Origin: an uncultured archaeon
GTDB lineage: Archaea; Aenigmatarchaeota; Aenigmatarchaeia; GW2011-AR5
DNA: 64,000 nt
Reading direction: 5' to 3'
NCBI GenBank assembly: GCA_964373695.1
Contig: CAYJVT010000001.1
Coordinates: 2,373-66,372, forward strand
The position numbers and the translations under genes were made by a program. Every line of letters starts with the position of its first letter. Position 1 is the first letter of the stretch. Shown in pieces: positions 8,459 through 20,300 of this stretch. The notes below the pieces were generated by a model that was not told where the DNA came from, made no database searches, and saw nothing but the letters and a program-made list of their open reading frames with translations.

Positions 8459-11400
8459 TCATCCTGTATAAGTTATATCTTCCTCCAGGGCGCGCGACTT
8501 CCTTCTCTTCAGTATGCTCTCGTAAAACTTGTTCATGTCGTCGCTTACGCTTGGCTTCACTTCCTTCATCGCATGAGCAAAATCCGCGGAAGTGACCTGG
8601 TCGGCGTTTATGTCCTTTCTCATCGCGATTATCGCGGCTTCCCTTACAACCGACTCGAGGTCTGCGCCAGAAAAGCCTGTTGTTTCCTTAGACATCTTCA
8701 CGATGTTGACATCTTCGGAGAGCGGCATCTTGCTGGTGTGGACTTTCAGTATTTCCAGCCTGGTCTTCTCATCCGGCGTCGGAACGAGTATCTGCCTGTC
8801 GAACCTGCCAGGCCTGAGAAGCGCTGGGTCAACTATGTCGGGCCTGTTTGTCGCCGCCACGACCGCTATGTCGTGCAATTCCTCCAGTCCTGATATCTCG
8901 GCAAGCAGCTGCGAGACGACTCTTTCGGAGACGTGGCTGTCGTTCGAATATGACCTCTTCGGGACAAGAGCATCTACCTCGTCGAAAAATATTATGCAGT
9001 TATGCACAAACATACCATTTGCCAAAAAGTTTTCAGTGTCTTCTATCTGGAGATCGTAAACAATTTCTTTTTCTGGGAGTGCTTCTATGCCAACAACAGG
9101 CGCCCAAAATATGTCGGAATTGACTGATAGAGCTATAGGTGACATGGTATTATCAGACTTTTCAACGATCAGTGTCTGAAGCCTGTCTCTCGAAGGATTA
9201 TGAAGGTTGTTTGCCCAGCCATGTAAGGTGCTATTAGATACGCTTTCTCCCTTCAGATTTTGCGCAAGTTTACCTATAGGTATGACATCAAGTCTTGATC
9301 TTGATAGTCTTTCGATGTAATTTTGTGCGCGCTTTGCCTTTAATGGATGAGAAAAACCTATCTTGGCTAAAAAAGTTTGTATTTGCGACTGTGATGTAAG
9401 TTCTATGTTATTACCATTGTGGTCAACTGTCGGTATCCCGACTCTCAGCAAAACTTTTTGAAGAAGTTTTCTGTTTTCTTTCTTAGTTACACCTATACAT
9501 ATTTTAGAGCAATCGTTTGATATATATCCATCACCATCACACACACCTCTTAGCCAAGCTGCTAAAAGACTTTCTGGCATCTCCAGCAATTTTTCGGTCA
9601 TTTTCTGGAACAAAACTTTTACAGTCTCCGAATGATATGCACTGACAATACAAGTAGGCTTTTGAGTGTAATCCGATGCTTTAATTCCAAATTTACTTTC
9701 CATTATAGACTTCAAGCTTTCATGTAATGTTTTGTTGTCACCAGAAAAAATAATGGTATTTCTTGCATAGCTTCCATCTGACCAAATAAGACCGTGTGCG
9801 TACATCATATCTTCATCTATGAATTTTGGCAATTTAACTGACTTTGAAATGCTTGAGGACCACCCCTTATTTTTAAGTACAAAGTCTGTACATGAAATAG
9901 ATTCGATGTTATAGAATTTTTTCAATTCATCTAGCCTCATAAAGAACCTGTGACCTTTCCTTGTCCGAAACGTTCTAGATTTCAGATTTTTGGATATAGT
10001 TTTCTGCATAAGTTCGCCTTTTTCCAGTTTTTTATACATTTCATCAACTACGCCACCATAAAGAACTGTACTATTTGGCAAGAATTCAAGAGTGAAAAAA
10101 CGTCTCTGCGGAATCCTAATTTGTCTCGGGGTTGCAACAAAATTGCCTATTTTGAGCGATTTTGCCTCGACCCACTCAACTAATCCATTTTTTATAATTG
10201 GAAACTTATGTTCTGGAGTGCACCTTATGCTACCTACAGTTGTCTTTATAGAAAATAGATTTTGCCGCGGTTTTTTTTGCAAAGCTACTATTTCTTTGGG
10301 TATAACTTTCAGGTTTTTATCAAACGATAATACCTTTGTTCCGATCATATTATTATCAAAAATATGCTTAGCAGTCAATTCACTTCCATCTTCCAAAGTT
10401 ATTAATGTGTCGCCTGTTATACACGGGGCAACCTGCTTCGCCCGCCTGAATACGTCCCTTATGTGCCTCTCGCTCTCACCTACGTACATGGAAAGCAGTT
10501 CAGGGCCCTTGACCGAGATGAAGTTGGCGCCGCTCTCGTTTGCGATGGCCTTCGCCATCATAGTATTATGCGCTATTATGCCCCCGAATCCCGCTACAAA
10601 ATTATGGTTATCTTCGACTGTAAGGTCATAAACGTAGCCGTCAAAATGCTCCTTTGTAACATCTATTACCTCATCCCACATTACATCTGATTCGGACAGA
10701 ACTCTTAAGTCATCTGTTTTATTATCCGCTATATCCGAGATTATTTTTTGAATTTGACGCCTGCTTATGTGCTTTCCATCTATTTCATAGCCCTTGCCGT
10801 GCTTGGTTCTATAGAATTTTTGTTTTGACATACCAACATCCGTTCTGGTTTTCTCTAGTATTTTCTCTATATTGGGAATTATATCATATGTAGCCCCGGT
10901 TTTACCGCTCTTTAATAATAAGTCTAGTTTGTCAGATTTTTCTTTAATTGAAAAACCGATGGAATTTTTAAATGGAATTAAATTATTTTTTCCTATGATA
11001 AAAAGTCTCCAGTATGTATGGTCATATCCTTTGACTTTTTTAGGTCTTATTCTTGACACAATTCCAAATCTTAGAAGCATATAAACAATGCTGTTTGCTA
11101 TATCTCTTGATGCTGTAGTTATTTCTATTTCAGGGACACCGCTTCTAACACACCCCTCACCGTCAAAAAATGCCCTCAGAAAAGAGGCTATTACATTATC
11201 CGTGGATCTTAGAATTACATCCGGAACTTTGTTAAGTCTGGCGTTCTTAGGGTCATAATCCAGTGCCTGTTTCAGGTATTCGACCAATGTCTTTGAATTG
11301 CATTCTACCCTGAAAGTTCCTTCAGACGTGTCTTTTTCTATGGCTGTATCTATATTGAATAGATTTTTTGAGAGTTCAGAAACTCTTCTAATCAGATTGG

Positions 11401-14400
11401 TATCGGAATTAAAGAAATTAATAGCGCCCGGAACCTTGCTGCCTTCTGCTAAAAAATAGCCCATCAATTCTCCAAATTCGGGTGAGATAGAATTTATAGT
11501 GTTAATTTTTTTGGTGTGCGGATGGAATTTTGATATCGACTGTATTGTTAGAGTGCCATTAGAATTTTTGACAGTATTAAATCCTACTAGCCCGTTATTT
11601 ACGGTTATTTTGCCCTCTATTTCTATTTTTCTCGGGGTAGCTATATAATCTCCTTTTGTTATATCTTTGGACCTTTTTTTTGTTATGCCGTTTTTTATTA
11701 TAAATAATGGATGTTCTGGAGTGACTCTTATACTTCTCCCTGATCTCGTAGTGAGTGTTATTATATCCCCGCTATATGCTTGCCTGTAGAAGTATTTTAT
11801 AGGCTTTTTTTCCAATTTAAGGGTTTTTGGGTTAAGTGAAATTATTTCTCCTTGTGAATTTTCAATCACAGTCTCTGTACCGTTTACATGCTTAATTCCG
11901 TTTTTCTCGGCATGTTCATACATATCTTTTATGGTAAGCAATGACCCATCCGCATGTAATACTTCTGTATCTCCCGTTACACATTTACCGCATCCGGGCG
12001 GGCCGTAGAGCAGCACGCCTGTCGGCGGCCTTATCCCCAGCTTCTTGAACGAGTCGGCATACTTCAGGGGCCATTCTATGACCTCCTTCATGGCGTTTTT
12101 CACTTCCTCCAGCCCTCCTATGTCGCTCCATCTTACCTTGGGGGTTTCGATAAGGACTTCTCTCATTGCGGAAGGCTCAACAATCTTCAGGGCATGCTCG
12201 AAGTCCTCCCCAGTCACGACGAGCCTCTTGAGTATGTTCTCGTCTATCGGCTTGTCCTCCTTTATCTCGCCCAGATCTGGAAGCACCCTTCTTAATGCAT
12301 GCATTGCTGATTCCTTGCACAGCGCAAGCAGGTCCGCGCCCACATAACCGTAGGTTATTTCGGATATTTTTTCTATATTGACGTCGCTTAAGAGAGGCAT
12401 TCCTCTCGTATGTATCTGGAGTATTTCCTTCCTGCCGTCCTTGTTTGGCACGCCGAGCTCTATTTCCCTGTCGAACCTGCCCGGCCTTCGCAGAGCCGGG
12501 TCAAGGGAGTTCGGAAGGTTCGTGGCGCCTATGACTATCACTTTTCCCCTGGACTTCAGGCCGTCAAGAAGTGTCAGGAGCTGCGATACGACGCGCTTCT
12601 CGACCTCTCCCTTCACTTCCTCCCTTTTCGGGGCTATGGCGTCTATCTCGTCAATGAATACTATGGAAGGCGCGTTTTTTTCCGCCTGCTCAAACAGCTT
12701 GCGTAGGTTTTCCTCACTGTTGTGGGCGAATATTCCGCCGAAGCCCGCCACGAAGTTTTCATTTGGATTGACGGAGACATCATAGACATTGCCATTGTAT
12801 TCAATTTCTTTCATCCCGATTACTTTGTCCCACACCAATTCAGAATCAATAACATTCCATGTATCTTTATACACTTCCTTTTTAGGGTCGGCTTTCAGCA
12901 GTTCGTTTTTTAGTATATCCTTTCCTATGGTCTTGGAGTTTGACCATACACGAAGATTTTGCCTTGCTTTTATCATTTCTCTGAGTTCGGGCCAGATAGG
13001 TATTTTCTGTGTTTTGTCAAATTTCTTTGAGATAAGGTAATTGTTTATTCTCTGGTTTCTTTTGTCATCAAGAAATCCAATTTCAGAGAATTTTTTGAAT
13101 CCTTCCGGGCTTTGTATAAGTATCCTGTATTTCAGCTTTCCGTTATATTTCTCTCTAGATACATTGCATTTTGCGACTATTCCGAAATACAGAAGAGTAT
13201 ACATAAGGCTGTTTGCGAGTTTCCTGCTGTGAGTGCTTCCTTCAATGGTATGTGCCATCTTAGGAGGGTATACACTCCCGTCTCCTGTGAAATATCCCCG
13301 CATCATGGCATTTATGAGATTAAGCGGCATTGACATGAGTTTTGGCGTAATTTCTTTGTTTTCGGCGCCTGTCCTGATGCCAAGTATTTTTTCAAAGACA
13401 ATCTTAAGCGGTTTCGAATTTAGGAGCATATCGTCTTCATATTCTGTAAGATATATACCATATTTCTTGCAGAATCGTCTGACAATTTCTTTGGATTCTT
13501 CTAATTCGTTTGTTATCCTTATTGCATCTTTTGTAGTATAAGAGCCTTCTGCCAGAAACAGTCCGATGACAGTAGCCATATCTTCGTCTATTTCTATTAA
13601 AGACGGGAGTTTTCCAGCGTTCTGTTTCGCGACAATATTAACAGCTTTGTAATCAACATGGACATTGCTCTCATCTGCAAGCCTAAGAAAGTCCTTAATG
13701 CTTATGCATACATCTTTCCCGTAAATATCATAAACATATTTTTCCTTTACATTAAGGATTTGTGCAGACTTCTGTATACCTATCGTTTTTATGAATTCTT
13801 TTATCTGGGGGCTCCTGACATTCAAATCTTCGCTATCTGCAAGCTCTCTGAGTATGTCTATAGTATCATAAGTTTCCGGAGCTGGCAGTCTTGACGGTAT
13901 TGCAAGATATGTATCATTGGTGTTTATATCACTTGTCTTGATATCTACAATTTTGCCGTTCTTTAACGCGAACAATGAATGATAATCCGTAACCTTTATT
14001 TTCCTTCCGGTGGATGTTGTTATTTCAAATATTTTTTTGCCTTCTTGGAATGGATGTTCAATAAAACTCTTTATTTTTCCCTTTTCTATCATACCAATGT
14101 CGTCAAATTCTGCAACATGATCGGCTGATTTTGACTTGACGATTTCTCCTATCTCATTCACAGATGCCAAACCATTTTCTATCGTGAATATATTTTCATC
14201 TGGTGTAAGCGACTCGCCGTAAAATTTTGACATGCATTCAGGACCATTCATAACCAAAAACTTTGCGCCGCTCTCGTTCGCCACTGCCTTCGCAAGCAGC
14301 GTCTTCCCGGTGCCAGGTGGTCCATGAAGGAGTATTCCCTTAGGCGGCTCTATGCCGAGCCTCTCGAAGAGCTCCGGGTGCTTCAGGGGCAGTTCTATCA

Positions 14401-15073
14401 TCTCCCTTACCTTCTTTATTTCTTCATGCAGGCCTCCGAGATCCTCGTAAGTGACTTCGGGTATCTTTTCTTCATCCATTGCCTTCGTTGCCTGGGGAAG
14501 AAGCTCCACATCCGTTGCCCTTGTCATCCTGACTATTCCTTTTGGTTCGGTGTTCACCACGACGAATTTTTCTTCGCCGAAAGGCGTGAAAAACATCTCG
14601 CCGAAATCGACTCCGAAGAACTGCTCAAAAAGCGTAGTTTGGTTCCTCCTGTCCTGGACTATCGGATTGGGAATTATAATATCGCCAGTCATGAAGGGCC
14701 TCATGAGAAGATTCTGCTTTATGATGTTGTTCCCGACGTGTATAATCAGGCCCTTCCTTGCCGGTGCCAGCGTTATCGACTTGGCCTCCTTCACGTCAGC
14801 CGATCTTATCCTGACGATGTCGCCTATGCCGGCCCCGGAGTTCCTCCTCTCGAGCCCGTCCATTCTTACTATATCAAGGCCGACGTCCACCGGATATGCC
14901 CTTATGGCCACGGCAGCCGTCTTTCTTTTGCCTTCTATCTCGACTATGTCGCCCTCGGTTACGCTGAGTTTTTTCATGTCTCTTGAAGAAATCCTGACTA
15001 TGCCGCGGCCGAAGTCTCCTCTTTCGGTTAGTTCCCCGACTTTAAGCTGTATCTCGCTCTTTTCCTGTGCCAT
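8459..15073 (-). CDS. cdc48: CDC48/VCP AAA+ ATPase precursor with three inteins (758-aa extein)
   Basis: N domain (GIVRMD..R.N.GAGIGD), D1 [30 protein letters not shown]2 GPPGCGK|[16 protein letters not shown]. Start MAQ at 15073 (or 15082). Confidence 0.95.
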   Translation of the reverse strand: MAQEKSEIQLKVGELTERGDFGRGIVRISSRDMKKLSVTEGDIVEIEGKRKTAAVAIRAYPVDVGLDIVRMDGLERRNSGAGIGDIVRIRSADVKEAKSITLAPARKGLIIHVGNNIIKQNLLMRPFMTGDIIIPNPIVQDRRNQTTLFEQFFGVDFGEMFFTPFGEEKFVVVNTEPKGIVRMTRATDVELLPQATKAMDEEKIPEVTYEDLGGLHEEIKKVREMIELPLKHPELFERLGIEPPKGILLHGPPGTGKTLLAKAVANESGAKFLVMNGPECMSKFYGESLTPDENIFTIENGLASVNEIGEIVKSKSADHVAEFDDIGMIEKGKIKSFIEHPFQEGKKIFEITTSTGRKIKVTDYHSLFALKNGKIVDIKTSDINTNDTYLAIPSRLPAPETYDTIDILRELADSEDLNVRSPQIKEFIKTIGIQKSAQILNVKEKYVYDIYGKDVCISIKDFLRLADESNVHVDYKAVNIVAKQNAGKLPSLIEIDEDMATVIGLFLAEGSYTTKDAIRITNELEESKEIVRRFCKKYGIYLTEYEDDMLLNSKPLKIVFEKILGIRTGAENKEITPKLMSMPLNLINAMMRGYFTGDGSVYPPKMAHTIEGSTHSRKLANSLMYTLLYFGIVAKCNVSREKYNGKLKYRILIQSPEGFKKFSEIGFLDDKRNQRINNYLISKKFDKTQKIPIWPELREMIKARQNLRVWSNSKTIGKDILKNELLKADPKKEVYKDTWNVIDSELVWDKVIGMKEIEYNGNVYDVSVNPNENFVAGFGGIFAHNSEENLRKLFEQAEKNAPSIVFIDEIDAIAPKREEVKGEVEKRVVSQLLTLLDGLKSRGKVIVIGATNLPNSLDPALRRPGRFDREIELGVPNKDGRKEILQIHTRGMPLLSDVNIEKISEITYGYVGADLLALCKESAMHALRRVLPDLGEIKEDKPIDENILKRLVVTGEDFEHALKIVEPSAMREVLIETPKVRWSDIGGLEEVKNAMKEVIEWPLKYADSFKKLGIRPPTGVLLYGPPGCGKCVTGDTEVLHADGSLLTIKDMYEHAEKNGIKHVNGTETVIENSQGEIISLNPKTLKLEKKPIKYFYRQAYSGDIITLTTRSGRSIRVTPEHPLFIIKNGITKKRSKDITKGDYIATPRKIEIEGKITVNNGLVGFNTVKNSNGTLTIQSISKFHPHTKKINTINSISPEFGELMGYFLAEGSKVPGAINFFNSDTNLIRRVSELSKNLFNIDTAIEKDTSEGTFRVECNSKTLVEYLKQALDYDPKNARLNKVPDVILRSTDNVIASFLRAFFDGEGCVRSGVPEIEITTASRDIANSIVYMLLRFGIVSRIRPKKVKGYDHTYWRLFIIGKNNLIPFKNSIGFSIKEKSDKLDLLLKSGKTGATYDIIPNIEKILEKTRTDVGMSKQKFYRTKHGKGYEIDGKHISRRQIQKIISDIADNKTDDLRVLSESDVMWDEVIDVTKEHFDGYVYDLTVEDNHNFVAGFGGIIAHNTMMAKAIANESGANFISVKGPELLSMYVGESERHIRDVFRRAKQVAPCITGDTLITLEDGSELTAKHIFDNNMIGTKVLSFDKNLKVIPKEIVALQKKPRQNLFSIKTTVGSIRCTPEHKFPIIKNGLVEWVEAKSLKIGNFVATPRQIRIPQRRFFTLEFLPNSTVLYGGVVDEMYKKLEKGELMQKTISKNLKSRTFRTRKGHRFFMRLDELKKFYNIESISCTDFVLKNKGWSSSISKSVKLPKFIDEDMMYAHGLIWSDGSYARNTIIFSGDNKTLHESLKSIMESKFGIKASDYTQKPTCIVSAYHSETVKVLFQKMTEKLLEMPESLLAAWLRGVCDGDGYISNDCSKICIGVTKKENRKLLQKVLLRVGIPTVDHNGNNIELTSQSQIQTFLAKIGFSHPLKAKRAQNYIERLSRSRLDVIPIGKLAQNLKGESVSNSTLHGWANNLHNPSRDRLQTLIVEKSDNTMSPIALSVNSDIFWAPVVGIEALPEKEIVYDLQIEDTENFLANGMFVHNCIIFFDEVDALVPKRSYSNDSHVSERVVSQLLAEISGLEELHDIAVVAATNRPDIVDPALLRPGRFDRQILVPTPDEKTRLEILKVHTSKMPLSEDVNIVKMSKETTGFSGADLESVVREAAIIAMRKDINADQVTSADFAHAMKEVKPSVSDDMNKFYESILKRRKSRALEEDITYTG
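8999..10423 (-). mobile_element. Intein 3 of CDC48 (475 aa, LAGLIDADG) just before the D2 Walker B
   Basis: AKQVAP|CITGDT...MFVHN|[16 protein letters not shown] and [11 protein letters not shown] blocks. Confidence 0.92.
10565..11983 (-). mobile_element. Intein 2 of CDC48 (473 aa, LAGLIDADG) in the D2 Walker A
   Basis: GPPGCGK|CVTGDT...GIIAHN|[15 protein letters not shown] and [10 protein letters not shown] blocks. Confidence 0.93.
12719..14212 (-). mobile_element. Intein 1 of CDC48 (498 aa, Ser1, LAGLIDADG endonuclease) in the D1 pore-loop region
   Basis: SKFYGE|SLTPDE...GIFAHN|[15 protein letters not shown] and [10 protein letters not shown] blocks. AT-rich relative to extein. Confidence 0.92.
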
Positions 15074-15096
15074 AATTATCATCTCCTGCCGGTGGC

Positions 15097-15441
15097 TTAT
15101 ATATCTTCCTCCGCAAGCAGCTTTCTCATTATCTTCTGGTTTCTTATCATGATTTTCACCATCTCGAATTCGACATTGTCTTCCCACTGCCTGAAGAATT
15201 CCTCCATCCTCTTCATGTGCTCGGCCGCAATCATGAATACTGAGTCCGCTATCTTGACGTGCGGCACCTCGTCAAGCACGCCCTTTCTCCGGTATTCGTA
15301 GCTTTTTTCCTCTTTGGGTATTATCTGCTTCCATCCATGCAGTTCTTTGAAAAACTTGCTCCTTTCGTAGTCCGAATCAAAGGACTTGCTGTGGAAAGTT
15401 ATTATGAAGGCCTCCTTTCCGCGTCTTATGTCTATCTTCAT
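15097..15441 (-). CDS. Hypothetical protein with Cas2/VapD/PaaX-like ferredoxin-fold pattern
   Basis: FIITFHSK..ERSKFFKELHG..IADSVFMI resembles the Cas2-like beta1 / helix / SVF arrangement. Start at ATG 15441 (MKIDI). Confidence 0.6.
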   Translation of the reverse strand: MKIDIRRGKEAFIITFHSKSFDSDYERSKFFKELHGWKQIIPKEEKSYEYRRKGVLDEVPHVKIADSVFMIAAEHMKRMEEFFRQWEDNVEFEMVKIMIRNQKIMRKLLAEEDI

Positions 15442-15538
15442 CACATCACTTTTAGTGTATCCTAATACACAAAGATATTTAAACCTTTGGAACACTAACT
15501 CTGTTGCATTAGACATAATTCTTTGTAGTATTCCTAAC

Positions 15539-15817
15539 CTAGTACATGCTGACCGCTGCCTTGTATATCAGTATTGCGGCCATGACGAGCTTTATTTCCG
15601 CGAATCCCGTGACCGCGAACAGTATGAATATGCCGGTAAGGATGTCAACAACGCCAAAAATCTTTCCAATGGGGTCGGCAAACAGGCTCGTGGTTCCTTT
15701 GCCGAGCATTATGAAGACATGGATGAAGACTACGAACCACGGCAGGCTGTAGATGTTGAAGACTATTATGATGGCGGAAAGGAAATCTATAAGACCGATG
15801 AATTTCAGCAGCAGCAT
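15539..15817 (-). CDS. Small integral membrane protein (3-4 TM)
   Basis: 92 aa, almost entirely hydrophobic, co-oriented with its neighbours. Confidence 0.75.
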   Translation of the reverse strand: MLLLKFIGLIDFLSAIIIVFNIYSLPWFVVFIHVFIMLGKGTTSLFADPIGKIFGVVDILTGIFILFAVTGFAEIKLVMAAILIYKAAVSMY

Positions 15818-15880
15818 GCCATAAATTTTGTCGGTATGTTTTTAAAATCCGAAAAATGCTCTCCGGCAGGGATTCTATAA

Positions 15881-16558
15881 TCAAAATATGCTGAATTTTC
15901 CCGTCTCCTTCAGGCCGCTCTTCGTTATCTCGAACTCCGCCTTGGCGCCTTCAGGCATGGACCTGTGCTTTCTCAATATGGCTGTGCGTGTGTTCTCTCG
16001 CTCTGTCTTCCTCAGCTCTATCATGGTCTTGCTCCAGTATTTGGCTATCGTCCTGGACGTCACCTCGACCTGCTCGCCGACTCCGTATATCTGGTTGGTG
16101 ACGAGGACAGGTACCTTGTGCTTCCGGGTTATCCTCGACAGTATCGAATACTGGGTAGCGAGTTGCTTGTTTATCTCATGGAATTTTTTCTCGTTCATCT
16201 CGAGCCTGTAAAGCGATACCATGGAGTCTATTATCACCAGGCCCACGTCTCCGGAAGCCGCTTCGGCCTCGAGCGTCTTCATTTCCCTGCACTGCTCGTC
16301 CCATGTATGGACATCAACGAACATCACGCGCTTCAGGTCCTTCTCTTCGCCGCCCAGCTGATGGAATCTTTCCGCGGAAAAGGAGCCTTCGGTGTCCATG
16401 TATATCGCCTTCTTTCCCGAGCTTATGCACGAGAGAACGGATATTATGGCCACATTGGTTTTCCCGGAGCCTGCCGGGCCGTACACGTTCGTTATGGCGT
16501 TCTCCTCAAGCCCGCCGCCCAGTATCTTGTCGATGGGGGAATTTGTCTTCAGGCGCAT
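15881..16558 (-). CDS. radB: DNA repair and recombination protein RadB
   Basis: LGGGLE..ITNVYGPAGSGKT, YMDTEGSFSAER, IIDSM, VLVTNQ, LRKHRS (RadB basic KHR motif). Confidence 0.92.
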   Translation of the reverse strand: MRLKTNSPIDKILGGGLEENAITNVYGPAGSGKTNVAIISVLSCISSGKKAIYMDTEGSFSAERFHQLGGEEKDLKRVMFVDVHTWDEQCREMKTLEAEAASGDVGLVIIDSMVSLYRLEMNEKKFHEINKQLATQYSILSRITRKHKVPVLVTNQIYGVGEQVEVTSRTIAKYWSKTMIELRKTERENTRTAILRKHRSMPEGAKAEFEITKSGLKETGKFSIF

Positions 16559-16588
16559 GACTAGAATTAACGCATGAAACGATTAAAA

Positions 16589-17329
16589 TCAGACTAGGGG
16601 GTTCAGGACGGCGACCTGTATGCCAGTGTCTTTGAGCATCTCCTTGAGCCTTTCAGGATCGGCATTGATGCCCTTCACCCCGTACCTGTCCGAATTGTAG
16701 TGCATCGGCACGACTATTTTTGGGTTTATTGTCTTGGCCGCTTCTGCGGCCTCTTCGACGTTCATCGTGTACGTCCCGCCTATTGGAAGGAATGCCATGT
16801 AGATGTCCTTCAGCCCTGCCATCTCTGGTATGTTGTCTGTGTCGCCGGCAAAATAGAACTTCCTGCCGTTGAAGGCGAACACGAAGCCGATGCCGGAGCC
16901 TTTGGGATGGTACTCCTTCTCCAGGTTGTAGGCCGGAACCGCCTCTATCTTCAGCTCATCGGCCTCATATTCGAAGAACTCCCCGGGCACGAGGGTATTG
17001 GTTCTGCCAGTAAGGCCTTTTTGTATGCAGGCAAATGTTGTTATTATTTTGGTCTCACTTTCCTGTATTGACGATATCTTTACGGGGTCGCAGTGGTCGT
17101 AGTGGTCGTGAGTAATCAGAACGTAGCTGGCCGGCTCGGGTTTCTGCGGCAGCACGTATGGGTCTATGTATATCACCGTGTCGGAATCGAATATCTCGAA
17201 AGATGCGTGGCCGAGCCATCTTACTGTTGTCCCGCTGAAACTTATTTCATCCACTCTATCGCCCCCCGCGTCTTGCACGCACCCTGCTGTCAATACAACC
17301 GCCAAAATTGAAATAATTATCCATTTCAT
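16589..17329 (-). CDS. Metallo-beta-lactamase-fold hydrolase with lipoprotein-type signal
   Basis: WLGHASF, THDHYDH, FAGDT, VPMHY. N-terminal hydrophobic stretch ending LTAGC. Confidence 0.85.
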   Translation of the reverse strand: MKWIIISILAVVLTAGCVQDAGGDRVDEISFSGTTVRWLGHASFEIFDSDTVIYIDPYVLPQKPEPASYVLITHDHYDHCDPVKISSIQESETKIITTFACIQKGLTGRTNTLVPGEFFEYEADELKIEAVPAYNLEKEYHPKGSGIGFVFAFNGRKFYFAGDTDNIPEMAGLKDIYMAFLPIGGTYTMNVEEAAEAAKTINPKIVVPMHYNSDRYGVKGINADPERLKEMLKDTGIQVAVLNPLV

Positions 17330-20300
17330 TTCTCGTCACCGTGCTTCTTCATATGCAGGCTCATCGACCTCTGCGACTTCAGGGATTTTCCGCACTTGTT
17401 ACACTTCAGCTTTTCTGCTAATTTCGTGCTCCTTTTGCTTTCATCCTGAACCTGCTTCAGCTTTGCCTTGTCCAGCCATTCCTCCTTGGTCTTGCATTCC
17501 GGGTCCAGGCACATCCTGAACGGCCTTCTCCCGGAAGGTCTCACATGTATTATAGGAGTCTTGCAGTGCTCGCATTCCTTCTCGGTGGACATTATGACAC
17601 CCTCGCGCGGCAGCGGGAACCCGACCCTGCATCCCTTCTTGTATCCGCTGCAGCCGACGAACCGCTTCCCCGTCCTCCAGTTCTTGTGGACCTTCAGCGT
17701 GCCGCCGCACTTTAGGCATTTCCCCAATATGCTCTGCCTGTCCTGGGTCGCTATGACGGCGCTTGTCAGTTCGTCGCCTATCTTCTTCTCCTTCTTCTTC
17801 AGCGCGGCGCCTATCTTCTCTATCTTCTTCCTGGCCTCGTCCAGCACCTCTTCGCGCTTCCTCTTCCCGGCAGCTATCTCCTCCATCATCTGCTCGAAAT
17901 GCCTCGTCAGCTTCTCGGAGACAAGGTCCTGGACGTTCTTCTCGAGTATGTCGGCAAGCTGCATGCCGAGTTCCGTGACCTCTATGCTCCGCCCTATGAT
18001 ATAGCCCCTGTTGTAAAGTATTTGCAGTATCTGGGCACGCGTGGAATTGTGAACAAGAACTCCCCCATTGGTTATGAAGTTTGGCGAATCTGCAGATACA
18101 GAGATATCGTAAACAAATGCATCTTTATCTTCAATAACCTTGACATCTTCAACCTCGGCCGCGTAAAATTCTCCTGATATATGTCGGTAGACAGATCTAA
18201 GGGCATGAAAATAGTAATCTTTGTCTATAAAACGGTATATAACTCTGTTTGGAGGACTGTTATAAGGAGAAAGCCTTTTCCTTCTTACGATATCAAGCTT
18301 GACCAGGCGTTTTAACGCCATTTCGGCTTCATGGCCGTTAAGACCTGTAGCTTCGGACAATTGTACTATATCCATATCTTGTTTTTGCAGGGCAATGACA
18401 ACGGAATAGCATGCTTTCAGTCTTTTGTAATGAGGAGAATCTGATGTCAAGCCCTTGTAAAGGATTGATTTTTTATGTGGAACATCAAACCCGACTTTCC
18501 ATGCAAAATTATCCACATTGTCCCTGCCTCCAATGCGTATCGTGAAGCATTTAAAATATTTACCTTTCAACTTTACATTTTCTCCATGAACGTCAACATT
18601 TATGCCGATTTTTCCGAGAAGTTCTTTTATCCATATAATTAGTTTTTCATTTGCCAGAGTAATTTTTACTCTTGGCACCCCATGAGCGACAACCTCTTTG
18701 CCGTTTATAGTGACATTTCCAATATCTCTCAAATGGACATTCCCATCAGCGTCGAAAAATCCTCTTAAGAAATCTCCTACAAATTCGTGCGGTATTTCAA
18801 ACTGACTTTTGCTGGCTATCGAAGGAAATAAAAATGCAAGAATTGTGGAAACTGCAGAATTGCACTGTACTTTAAAACATCTTCCATTCTTTACCAGATA
18901 GGCTTTCGGCTCGGCGCCAAAAACCCTCTTTATGCGATTTTTCAGGATGTCTAACGCCTTTTTCTCGGTCGTAGTGAAATATAACTGGTGAGAACCGTTG
19001 TATTTTGGTGGATTATAACTGCCGTCGCCGTAAAAATATCCAAGAATCCACGCCATATCGCCCGACCATTTTAGGGGAAGTTTATCCATTCCGATTCCAA
19101 GCGCATTTTTGGATGAAAATCTGGAAACGTACATTCCATTTCGTGCCTTGAAATTTCTTTCTAAAAACCAGTTATTGTCAACCAGAACATCGCCAAGCTT
19201 GTTTCTGGATATAACGCTCAATATTTTGTCGCCTTTTGACACATTTCCGGCTTCCTTTATGATTATTTTTTCATTGTCATGTAGGTAGATAGGGTGCTCC
19301 GAAGTGGCTTTCAGTTCACCACCTTTCGTTTTGATCATGATAAGTTTTTCGTTTTCATTCAGCCTTCTTCTTGATATTATTTGGGGTTTTTTGAACTCCA
19401 CACCTGCATGCATTTCATTGAGTGAAACTGTTGTCGGCGTATTAAGTTTTCTTATTTCAACATCGTTCTCATACCCGATATGTTTTGAAGCCTTCCAAAG
19501 CTCATCAAGCCTGATATCGTCAAGGTCTGGGGTAATTATTTTACAGTCGCCTGTAAGACATTTTGTCCCGATGCCGCGGTTCTCCATCTCCTTCAGGACA
19601 GAGCCCTGAGAGAACCTGGCCGGAGGGGATGTCTGTTTGTCCGTCATGGAGACTTTCTTGACCTGTACCTCAACTCCCTTCTCCATGTGTGGAAGTATCA
19701 CCTCATCCCTGGTGCCGTATTTCCCGTAAAGCTCTGTCCAGCCAGCCTCTATCGTCTTCTTTCCGTTGACAAAAAACGCGTTGCCTCCTATGTTTATGAT
19801 TATCTTCTGAGACTCCCTCTTGGCCGGCTCGCCGAAGCACGCGAGAAACCTTCTTACACATAAATCATACACCTTCTGCTGCTGGTCGCCCATCTTCTTC
19901 TGCTCCCCGGTGGGATATATGGCGGGGTGCGCCGGGTCCGTCTTGCTCCCTTCCTCGGGCCTGAGGTTCTGTTTCTTCAGCAGGCTTCCGGCGTCCTTCG
20001 CATACTTGGGGTTCTTCGCTATGCTGCCGATTATCTTGGCATAATTTATGTCAGGAGGCAGCTTTTCGCTGCTGGTCCTAGGATACGACATAAGCCCGGC
20101 TTGGTAAAGCGACTCGGCGATGTTCATCGCCTGGTGCGGTGAGTATCCGAAGAACCTGTATATGTCCGCCAGGAAGGAGGTCGTGTTGTAGGGTTTGGGT
20201 GGCTTCTGTATCATGAGCTTCTTCTTTATGTCAGCTATGGTCCCTTTCTTTCCCGACGCGCTCTTCAGGACGCTTTCGGCATCGGCCTTGTTCCACATCT

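Noticed and set aside
15074-15187. N-terminal extension of CDC48
   Set aside because: Overlaps the upstream gene. Homology begins at MAQEK.
15097-15441. Cas2-like ORF as part of a CRISPR-Cas system
   Set aside because: No cas1, effector genes or array anywhere in the window.
8999-19560. AT-rich blocks as prophage or IS insertions
   Set aside because: They are in-frame and bounded by intein splice motifs (C/S...HN followed by S/T/C).
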